From Vitrella brassicaformis CCMP3155 (taxonomy: Eukaryota; Protista; Chromerida), in contig CDMY01000261.1 of NCBI GenBank assembly GCA_001179505.1, positions 1-64,000 on the forward strand: a stretch of DNA of 64,000 bases, read 5' to 3'. How positions within the stretch are numbered: position 1 is the first letter of the stretch; every line of letters begins with the position of its first letter. The position numbers and the translations under genes are program-made. The notes beneath the pieces are model-generated. The model ran no database searches, had not been told where the DNA came from, and saw nothing but the letters and a program-made list of their open reading frames with translations. Shown piece by piece: positions 34,693 through 45,081 of the stretch.

Positions 34693-37663
34693 TTAGACAT
34701 TGAGGTTCAATGTGCAGAGGAAGTCGTCTATCTTGGAGGCGCACATCTCATACACCGCCCTCTGCGACTCACGATCCTTCGTCCCCCCTTCCCTCTCCTG
34801 CACGTCCTCTTCATCGTCTCTCTCGCTACTCGCCGCTCCTGCCGGCTCTGTCGGTCTCTCTGATGGCTGCGATGGCGGTTGCCTTTCGTCTTTGCTCGAT
34901 GCTGCCGTTGGTAGTGGCGGTGCTGATGACGTGGATGGCTCACTGGGCAGTGAGTCTGTGGGTGCGGCCTCCCTGGCGTCCTTGTCGGCCGCCGGCCTCT
35001 CCTTCTTGCCTCTGCGTGTGCTGCCGCCGCCCTTGGCCCGCTGTCGGTTGCCGGCCGTGGGTGAGGTCTCCTGCTGCTCCTCTTTGCTGATGCCATAGAT
35101 GTCAGCCAACGCCTCCTGATGGGCGGGCACACACACATACGCACAGCATGAGCCAAATGTGGTCGGTGTGTCCCTCTCTGTGTGGTGGTGGGGGTGGCGT
35201 CACCGATGCGTCCTCACTTACCATGATGTCGTCAATCACGGGGATCGTATCGACGTCTTCTCTGTTCTGGATGGTCGCCGCAGATGCCCTAACCAGACGG
35301 ACAAAGTCCTGGTGGCACGTGAGACGCCCCTCAGCACTGGAGGGTGATGCTGTTGGCAGGGCGGAGCTCTCGGGGGCCGAGGGGTACAGCAGACTGTCCA
35401 GATTGAGGGCCATGAACCGACTGGCCTGATGCAGAAGACGGTCCACCTGCAAACAGACAGGAACGAAGGAATGACGTCAGGAGATATCGGCTGGGTGGAT
35501 GGGTGGATGGCCGTACTCGAAGTAGGTCTGAGAGGTGATACAATGAACACACATTTCCGAGGGTGATGTGGCACGCCAACACGCTGCCACACGTCGCTTT
35601 CAGACCTGCAGACATGGTCAAGCGTGTTTCCATGATGCGGGGTGCACACGCGCCTTCCTTCCCGCACCCACCAGGCAGCATGTATAGGCTTGCGATGTCG
35701 AGCAGCTCAATCAGTGCCGTGTCGCACTTGCGGAAGGCCGCCTCATTCAGCTCACAACGCACCTCGTGGTGCAACACCGTGTCCGTGTACAAATACTGAC
35801 AGACAGACAGACAGACGGACGGACAGGCGGCCACCGCGTCGTCACAAGACGTCTCCCGCCTTTCTCCTTTGAGCGTCTTCACCACGCACCTCAAGCAGCA
35901 GAGAGAACCCCAGCAGTGAGACGCTAGAGAGATGGACAGTGAGCATCGGCCGCGCCGACCACTTGTCCGCATCTACCGCCAAGCGGCTGTCTTGTGTGGT
36001 GTTAGATGAGAAGCTCCCCGACTGTGAGCTGCCGGCCGACACGTTAACACCCACCGCCCCCGCGGCCCCCACCTCGCAGAAATGTGACGCAAACAGTGTC
36101 TGGAAATACTCAGCACGGGACTGCACAACAGAACACAACACCAGAGGCACCGTCCACACAGGCAGTCAGTCAAGTCGTCTGTGGATCGCCCTGCCCTCTG
36201 CCGTACCTCAAACATCAATCTGTGGCATCTGAATCGCATCGGTTTCTCCAGCTCATTGTGGACCTCCACGGTCAGATCGCAGGTCGACAGCAGGTCACCG
36301 TGAAGGGGTGGCGAGCGGGGGCTGCCGCGGTGCTCGTGGCTGGCGTGGGTGAGGATGGCCTTGACCACTGGCCGCATGGCCGATGCCATGGAGAAGGGGT
36401 AGGCGGGGGAAGGATCCAGGACTACAGACACCGGCCGGTGTAGAAGCTTCTTCTGTCATATGGGCACACGCACACACACACACAGCCGCCATGAGTGAGT
36501 GTGTGCCCGGCGAATGGATCATCCATCTCATCTCCCTCACCATGTGGCCTTTCTGGAATTTCTCCCCTACTTGCTGTAAAGGCACACACGATAAACGCAC
36601 CTTAAAGGCATGCAGACACGCCCACCAATCAGTGTTCAGGGCCTCGTTCTCACCTTCTCCTCGAGGACGGCCTTTTTGAGTGCGTCGAGCTTCATGATGT
36701 TGGCGGCCTTCAGCACCTCGGGCACACTCGCCAGCGGCACCTCCAGCCTTTCAGTGTACAGCCACTTGATGACCTCTGCACACACACATACAATACAATA
36801 CAATACAGCACACACCGAATCCATTTGGATGCACTGCGCATCCCAATTCTTGCTCCACCTCACCGAAGTAGGTCGACCAGGATATGCTGTACCTGCAGCA
36901 ATCCACCCACACAGGCACAGCAACTTCATAGGCGCACCAAACAACCGGCCAGACAGCTCCGTCTTGGCTCACTTTGAGAGGACGTTGATGACGCATCGCC
37001 TCCTGTGCTGCTCCTTCTGCAGCGTGCGCCTGAGGTAGTGGCTCCTCGCCATGAGCACCAGCTTATGCGCGTGGATGAGGCCCCTCTCGCCCGCCCCGCT
37101 CTCCCATCCATTCTGGCCCTCCAGCTCCTCCACATGAACGCGGAACGCCTCGGACGAGGGCGACGCGCGTGCGAGGAAGGTCGGCACACCTTGACCGGCG
37201 ACGGTGAAGTGCAGATCTGCCAGCGGCGACCTCTCGAACAGCTCTCGCCAGGTCTCCGAGTATCGATCCCGCTGCGCCGACGAGGTCGTCTGCTTGTACT
37301 GGGCAAGCAGGTTGCGGATCTGATCCGTCAGGGCGCCATACATGCATCTCTCGCCGTCAAATGTGCCCGGCTGACACTTGGCGCCTTTCTCCAGAAGATA
37401 CATGACGGTGTCCAGATGGCCGGCGAAACACGCATAGTACAAAGGCGTCGCATCCCATTGGTCACGCACCTGCAAACAAGCAGCACACAACGGGCAACAA
37501 GTGTGTTCGGTTCGGGCTCTGATGTGGCGTGTGTGTTTGTGCGGTTACTTACATTGATGTTGTATTTCTCCTCCTCCACAAAGTGGCGGACCAGCTCCAT
37601 GTTGCCGGTTCTGCAGGCGATGCAGAAGTCATCGAGTCTGTGCGGCTTCTGTTGCTGGACCAT
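34693..37663 (-). CDS. ABTB1: Ankyrin-repeat and BTB/POZ domain protein (ABTB1/BPOZ-like)
   Basis: DDFCIACRTGNMELVRHFVEE..NVRDQWDATPLYYACFAGH..YLLEKGAKCQPGTFDGERCMYGALTDQIRNLL matches the ABTB1 N-terminus; two BTB regions (AHKLVLMARS; FRCHRLMF..RAEYF). Confidence 0.88.
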
Positions 37664-37806
37664 CGCCACTCACAAACTCCTGGCCCAAAAATGCTCTCTT
37701 GCCCCATCTACGTATACACGGCAGCGATGTTTTCCCTTTTGCCGCCGAATACGACGACACAACACCTTCCACGCCGCCCCTGTTGCGAAAACCTTTTGAT
37801 CTGGGC

Positions 37807-37814
37807 TGCGAGCT
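37807..37814 (+). promoter_or_regulatory. TGCGAGCT motif upstream of ABTB1
   Basis: Exact match ~144 bp upstream. Confidence 0.5.
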
Positions 37815-38236
37815 TAGAACAGCGAATCTGGCCTCTAGGGGTTCTCCCAAAGAACAGGTGGGGGAGAAGCGGAGGCACTGCGTCCAGCTTTGCGTGTGAT
37901 GGGTGCACGTTCCGGCTGCCAGATCAACTCAGCTGCAGTGCAACAGCGACGGGAGATGCCCCCAGCACTCAGTCGACAGCAACCAATGAGGCGCTGAATT
38001 CGCGCTGACTGTTTGCAATGCTTCCCAGAAAGCATGCATAGACTTATGTAATTGTCCGAGCGCTCTATGTGTCCATAACCGTCCACACAAACACAACGGG
38101 CACGGCACTCCGTCAGACGGCCAGCCGGCCAGCCATGAACACACACTTCTTATCACTCCCGCACTGTCTGTTGGAGCGGCCGGCACTCTATGGCCTCAGT
38201 GCGATGGCTGGCGGCGTCGTTGGTGGGTGCGGTGTC

Positions 38237-39701
38237 TCATTCATTCGCCGTCGCTCCCGTGTGATGTGAGCTGTGAGTCGACGAGTGCTCCGGGTGGTCG
38301 GATGGCGGCGGTGCGGCGCTGTGTGTCTGGGCGGCTCCGGCGGCGAACCATGGATGTGCCAACGCATCGGACGCTGAGGGCATTGCACACACAGACACAT
38401 AAGCGGCGATCGACAAATGGCCTGGGTGGGTGGGTGTGTGTGTCTACCTGATGGGATGCGTTTGCCTTTGTCGGCCGTCAGCAGCCGACGGACAATGTCC
38501 GCGGCCTCCGGCGACACCTCGTCAGTCGAGAGGAAAGGCACTCCCTGACCCACACGCACATTGGCGTCGGTGGATGGATGGCCAATCTATGTGTCCTTCC
38601 CTCTGTAGCCTGCCAACTGACTGACCTGCCTCATTGCACTAGTGACCTGCCTCATTGCACTAGCGGAGATGCTGCCGTCGCCCCGCACATTGAAGGGGAA
38701 TCGGCCGGTGAGCAAGAAGTATCTGAAAGAGGGAGGGACACACACGCGACAGACATCCACACACGTACATGAGTGTGTGTGTGTGTTTGTGGTTGCTGTC
38801 CGCACATGGCGACTCCGACGGCCCACAGGTCGCTGGCCGGACTGTAATCCAACGACGCAAAGCACTCTGGCGCCTACCGATGGATGCAACACACATGAAT
38901 GACACACAGACATATATAATCTTTTGTGTATGTGGCAGTGTGTGTGACAGCTGAGAGTGTCAGCCAGCTTACAAGGTACTGACGCGTGCCGGCCAGACCC
39001 CTCAACTTTGGGCTCTCGGGCGTCAGTATGTTGTCGAAATCGACGAGCATCACGCGGCCATTCTCACCCTTGACAATGTTGCCCAGCGAAACGTCGCCAT
39101 GTGTTATCTGCACACACACACACACACACAGCCACACGTGTGATCCATATATCCGACCCTCTGCCTGTCAAGGTACAATCGTTCACTGACCCCGTGTATG
39201 TGCAGCACATCGAGTCCCCTCAGCGCCCCCTCAGCAATGTGCCTGGCGTCCTCCTCGTCCACTCGCCCTCTCTCGCAGTCTTCGCCCCTCGCCCATTCCA
39301 TGATGACATAGAAGGACTGGGCGTCTTGTGCCATCTCCATCACTCGGCAGAGGTGGCGACAGGGGGGCAGCCGCATGACGTGCTCGTAGTTGGAAAAGAA
39401 CTCACTCTCCGTGAAGAGCGAAGTGGGCTGCCTGCACACACACAGACAGACGCAGAGGGACACATAAATGGATGGATGGAGGATTGAGTGGATGGACGGC
39501 TGGCTCACCGGTAGTCCTTGCGCAGGGCCTTGAGGGCCCATAGGTCGCCGGATAGAGTGCTCCGCACCTTGAAGATGTACCCATTGCTGACCCACACACA
39601 CAAGTAGAGTCACACTGGATGGATCGATTCTCGCGGCTCTGACTGACTTACCCGCCTTGGTCGACCGGCGCGACAAACTGCAGCGCATTGGCCGCCAGCA
39701 T
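38237..39701 (-). CDS. Ser/Thr protein kinase (CAMK-like, divergent); 5' end uncertain, frame stays open upstream to ~39880
   Basis: DQGGNGYIFKV..WALKALRK; YVIMEWARG; HGDVSLGN; VDFDN; GLAGTRQYLAPE; SDLWAVGVAMYFLLTGRFPF; DIVRRLL..RIPSASDALAHPWF. Confidence 0.85.
38622..38663. repeat. Exact 21-bp tandem duplication spanning a splice donor of the kinase
   Basis: TGACCTGCCTCATTGCACTAG at 38622-38642 and 38643-38663. Confidence 0.95.
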
Positions 39702-40005
39702 TTCCCAGCAGCCCGCAAACGTTTGGATGCCCCCCAAGATCCCATCCCCTGCCGCGTTGCCACTGGCGTCTCCTTCAGCCACTCTGGGTGCCTCCTGCGC
39801 TCCTTCAGTTGAGGTCGAGGGGACGGTGTCAGAGGTGGTCTTCTGCTGCTGGTTGTCTGTCGTCTCGGTGTCGCTGGTGTGGCAGCTGCTGCAGCTGTTG
39901 GTCGATCTCCTTCTGTTCCTCTTCGAGCTCCTGTTCTTTGCGGCGCATTTCCTCCTTCTTGGCCTCCAGTCTGCGCCACTCACGGTCCATACTCTGCTGC
40001 TGTAG

Positions 40006-40995
40006 TCAGTGGAGGCGCTCTATTCTCTTCTCCCGCTCCGCCGCCCGCTCCTCGAGTTGAAAGCGGAGCCGCTCCTGGATCTCCGAGCGCTCCTGGAGCT
40101 CCATTTCCCAGAAGCCCTTCCAATTGTCCAGCTCCCTCGCGTAGGCCTCAATGTCCTTCTGCCTGTCGACTCGGGGGAATGGCCGGTAGCGGGACTCGTA
40201 CGGCCCACCCTGACGAAAGAACGAAGAGACAGACACAGTATGCATGACTCGGCTGAACAGAATACCTCCGACGGATCGGATCGGCGTACCGTACGTATGT
40301 GGCTGACTGTGTTGGTGAGACTCACCTGGGCACCATAGGCGTAGCGGTCATCGTCCTTCTGTCGGCGATTGGTGCGGCGATTCAGCGGGGACTCTCGTGT
40401 CTCCTCTCGCACCGCTGACACAGACAGACAGACAGACGTGTCGATGATGTGCCAGTGAGTGACAGAGAAGGGCCATGTGTGTCTCATCCCACCACATCCC
40501 TCCTCACCTCCAGCGGCCCGGCCCCCACCAAGCAACGATCCCAAGCCCGAGAACATGCCGCCGAACAAACCACCTGATCCGTTGTCCTGACCATTGTAGG
40601 TGTTGTGAGTGTCCGGTGGCGGCACGTAGCGGCCCACCGAACTGGCCGTCTCCTCCACCTGCAGGCCGGCATGGTCGATGGGCCTCTGCTGCTGCTGCTG
40701 CTGGTGTCGCGAGGCACCACGTGTCCTTTGGGGCCCGAGTGGCGTCTGTGTGGTCATGACGCCGCACTGGTTGCCTCGGAACACCACCGGACCGGGTGTC
40801 TTCCTGACAAAGCTGGGAGCTGGGTCGGCGAGACGAGGACGGTGAGGCTCCTCGGGCCGCAAATACGGGTAGGCGTATTCTAATGCGTAGGCTGCGGGCT
40901 GAAAGGTGAGAGAAAGCAGAGAGAGCAATGCATGGATGTATGGGTCGCTGCCTGAGGAGTGAGCCACTGACCTCATAACGGTAGCTGGCCATCAT
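40006..40995 (-). CDS. Hypothetical low-complexity/coiled-coil protein, 4 exons; coiled coil continues in frame past the TGA
   Basis: MMASYRYE|PAAYALEYAYPYLRP..RHQQQQQQRPIDHAG..|AVREETRES..YGAQ|GGPYESRY..ERAAEREKRIERLH*; all junctions in phase. Confidence 0.6.
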
Positions 40996-41089
40996 CGCTG
41001 AAAACTCAGCTCGAATCTGCAGTAGTAAAGGCTTCAACTTGAACTTTGAAGTTTGATGTTGCAATCTGGGGGGGGGGGGGGGGGGGGGG

Positions 41090-41389
41090 NNNNNNNNNNN
41101 NNNNNNNNNNNNNNNNNNNNNNNNNNNNNNNNNNNNNNNNNNNNNNNNNNNNNNNNNNNNNNNNNNNNNNNNNNNNNNNNNNNNNNNNNNNNNNNNNNNN
41201 NNNNNNNNNNNNNNNNNNNNNNNNNNNNNNNNNNNNNNNNNNNNNNNNNNNNNNNNNNNNNNNNNNNNNNNNNNNNNNNNNNNNNNNNNNNNNNNNNNNN
41301 NNNNNNNNNNNNNNNNNNNNNNNNNNNNNNNNNNNNNNNNNNNNNNNNNNNNNNNNNNNNNNNNNNNNNNNNNNNNNNNNNNNNNNNNN
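41090..41389. other. Assembly gap (300 N) flanked by poly-G
   Basis: Run of N between G tracts. Confidence 0.99.
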
Positions 41390-41539
41390 GGGGGGCTGCC
41401 GAGGGTTTGTACCCTAGACCCCTTGAACCCTGGCAATCTGAGTATGTCAAATAGGCGGAGAGGGTTGGTGGAGAGGGAGTCGTTTGCATAGTGAAAGATC
41501 CATAGTCGACGTCGTTCCCCGAAGTACTTGATTGTCACG

Positions 41540-44500
41540 ATGGGTGCCGGGTGCTGCACGATGCGGCACAAGGACAAAAGGGAGCGCTTCCAACCATCGG
41601 TGATCGAGCCAAAACCCCACCGAAACGCACAGCCCTCAATCTGTGTTTATCCATGGGTCTTGACGTTTGATGCCATTGGTGTGTTCACTCAGTTCCTGCA
41701 CACCCTGGTGGTGACGTATTCTTCCCAGGTGGACTTCGTGCCGTACTGGATGGACTTCGCTCCTCTGTGGCCGGCCCGCAGCGACACTCCCAAGATGCTC
41801 GTGGTCGCAAACAGACAGCTCATACAGACATTCAAGTGAGTGCTGGAGAGGGAGGGAGGGAGGGAGGAGTCGTTGTGTGTGTCATGTGTTTTGATGCATG
41901 GCATGGACCGGCAGGCTTGAGTGCAATGGTGGTGACGAGAGCGACTTGGAGGACATGTCTGCCTGCCATCGGCGTGTGCTGGACGACAACGAGGGCCTCA
42001 CCGCCATGGCCTTCTCGGACCCTGACAACTCCAGATACCTCATTGTGAGTGACCACTCACACACTCATAGGCAGGCACTCAGGAAAGGCGAGCGTGCTGG
42101 TCAATCGCTTGTCGTTCGTGTGTCAGTTGGGTGTGTCCGTGACGGGCGAGGCGAGTGAGAGCGACCTGGTGCCATCATCCAGCGTATCGACCACACCCTC
42201 AGACGAGGTACGGCTGCCTAACCCTCACTCAACATACAGACAGACAGAGATGCGCCGCGCCCTCTCTCTCTTTCCCCGACAGGTGCCCAAGACCGTTTAC
42301 GTGCGTATGGTAGATTTGCAGAGCGGCCTGACCACGGTGAGCAGTCACGTGGGCCACAAGGCCGACGTCCGCTGCATCGCTGGGGGATACTTCCGCGTCT
42401 TCACGGCCGACGAGGACGGACACTGCTGCGTAGGGGATGGAACACCATACGCCACCCAACACCGTGCAGCACTGCCTCGTGTGTTGTGCGCGCGCGTGTG
42501 TGTGTGTGTGTGTGTGTGTCAGTCGTGGCGTAAGGAGCGCAGGCACAGGTCGTCCAAGGACTCCAAGCAAGGGGCGGCCGATCTGCAGACGGCCCATCCG
42601 TACACCCTGCAGCCACACGGCTCCAAGAGGCTGCACCAGGCCGCCATACTCGTAAGGGAGAGGGCATTCACACACACACACACACACACATACATACGGG
42701 CGGAGGGGGGATGTGATGTGTTCTGATATCACTTGCACCTCACCTTCCTCTCTGTTCTGTCTGTTTGTGTGCCGTGCGTGCAGCAAATGGAGGTGGATAC
42801 GCAATTTCTCTACACTCTTAGCTCCGACCAGACTATTGGCATATGGGTACCTGACGAGTGTGATGGAGTCCGCTGTCGTATTTGTGCATCTTTCTTCCGC
42901 CCTTTGTTTGTATCAGCACGTGCGCGACATGCAGGCCCACACGCTGCTGAATGTGGTGGTGGGCTTCAACAGACAGCTGAGCGCACAGGGCCTGCTCGCA
43001 GACACGGAGGATGACCATGCACTAGGAGCGGCGGCTGTCTGCATGAAGAGGCACACCGACGCTGTCCAGGCGCCAGTGAGTGGACACACACACACACACA
43101 CACACACACAGCAGAATGAAGGCAGGAGAATGGGTATGGTGTGGATGTTTGGGTGTGGCTATAATGGTGCGTGTGCGTGCGTGCGTGCGTGCGTGTGGCA
43201 GGTGACGCGTCGATCCCAGCTGGTGCGTCCCAAGTCTCGTTGGGGCTCCAGCAACGGCTCCTGTAGAGGACAGGCCTTCCCTATGGGCCCACTCTATGTG
43301 GTAAGAATGCGTCTTAGGTTAGCCGATGGACGAGATGATGCATTCCTGCACGAGTGAGTGGTGGTGTGTCTTCCTCCCTCAGACGGTAGAGACCAAGTTG
43401 GGTGACGGGTGGCTGTTGGTGTACTACCTGGACCAGAGAGAGCCCTCGCCCCACCAAACCGCGGCAGACGACGTGGGTGAACGGGCGGGCGAGTGGGGAC
43501 GGGCAAGCCGCGTGAGAATCTTGAAGGGATGGATGTATGGATGGATGGGGCGTCATGCGTCTGTGTGCGTTGTCTTAGGATGAGGGCGAGAGCTGGGAGG
43601 AGGTCGACGACGCGTCGTCTTCGCCGGCCAGTGACACGGGCGCATCCCCCACCCTCCCACCATTCTTAGACAGTAGCAGCAGCGGCAGCAGCAGCGGGGC
43701 CACGGTCGGCATTCAGGTCGACATGGAATACGACCCCTCATCGGTCTCACTCGGACGGCCCAAACCCGCAGCCGCGGCAGCCGCTGACGAGACGCCATCC
43801 TCTCCCTCTCCCTCTCCCTCCGCCCTGAGGGACCACAGCCAGAAGAGCGTCTCCACCCAGGCATCATCTGCCGACATTGCATCCTCATCCGACCCATCGG
43901 TCCCATCACGCGACCGCTCATTCGTCCCCGGCTCGGCCACGTCGCGGCGAGTCATATCGGCGGGCAGAGAGGCCTCAGAGGAGCCGCCGAGCGACGCCCA
44001 GTCCTTCGATCGTGCGAGGCGTGTGCGGGGTCCGTTGCATGTGCCGGTGACGGACGACGATGTCAAGTGCCGTGCGCTGCGGGTGCATTCGGGCGCCATT
44101 ACTGCCATGGTGTACGGCCCGTACGACAATGGCCCGGTCATCACTGCGTCGGAGGATAGGAGCGTTCGCGCATGGGTGGGCCCGTGACGGACGGACACAG
44201 ATGGGATGGCCTCTCATCGGAGAGGCGTCTTGCGCATCTCCATCCATCCTCCTTGTGTCTGTTGGTTTGTGTGGTGTGTGGTGTGTGTATGTTGACTGAC
44301 TGACACAGGAGGCTACCAGTCTGATGTGTCAGGGGTCTCGCGAAGATGCACTCGTCAGTCAGCCAAGAAACACCTGACTGATACTTACTGGACACACACT
44401 CCCTGCCTGTCTGTCTGTGTGCGTGTGTGCCCGTCCGTCCGTCCATCATTCATGACTGCCTGCAGGATCGGATCACGGCGATGCGCACCAACCCGCCGTT

Positions 44501-44834
44501 CAACATCATCACCTGCAGCCCTTCACGTATACGGGTACGGTACACCCAACCACCCACACAGCCAGCCAGCCACGCATCCACACACAGTAGTGCTGATTGA
44601 TTCGTGTGTCTGCTGTGTCTGCGTGTGACCCATAACTATCAGTTGTGGACGTTGATCAACTCGAGGAGCCGTCAGTTTGACGTGACGGACGAGGAAATGG
44701 TCCGGCGCCGCGAGGCACGCGCCCACGGACACGGCGATACTAAGGGGGAGGGAGGGGCAGAGGGCGAGGGGGCGGGGGTGGATGGGGGGAGGCCCAAAAG
44801 GGATAGGCGGACACAGTACCTCCTGCACGACTGA
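41540..44834 (+). CDS. WD40-repeat protein with N-terminal MGxGCC acylation motif, multi-exon; 3' exons approximate
   Basis: WD signatures GHKADVRCI..VFTADEDG, LYTLSSDQTIGIW, VHSGAITAMVY..VITASEDRSVRAW; start MGAGCC. Confidence 0.72.
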
Positions 44835-45000
44835 CTGACTTACTCCATCAGAGGCGGGCAGCCAGCAGTGCGTGCAGACGGTGTTCTTCTGTTGTGTAAA
44901 GGGTAGATGAATGCATTGATTGATTGTCCGTAAGACTCTCTTGATTAGCGGGCCTGTTGCCTAGGACAGACAAATCAGTTCAATCCCCCTTCCTCGTCCC

Positions 45001-45030
45001 TGCGAGCTCGAAAAAATCCGCCTGCGAGCT
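45001..45030 (+). promoter_or_regulatory. Two TGCGAGCT motifs upstream of the glycosidase-like gene
   Basis: Exact matches at 45001-45008 and 45023-45030. Confidence 0.55.
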
Positions 45031-45081
45031 TAGCCAACGGAGAGAAGGCAAATCGCGGAAGTGGAGGCGTAGAAGGCAGAG

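Noticed and set aside
40006-40008. Selenocysteine codon
   Set aside because: The context is a coiled coil with no redox motif, and I could not identify a SECIS by eye.
5887-41389. Biological meaning of the three N runs
   Set aside because: All are exactly 300 N, i.e. scaffolding placeholders, mostly at G/C homopolymers or satellites.
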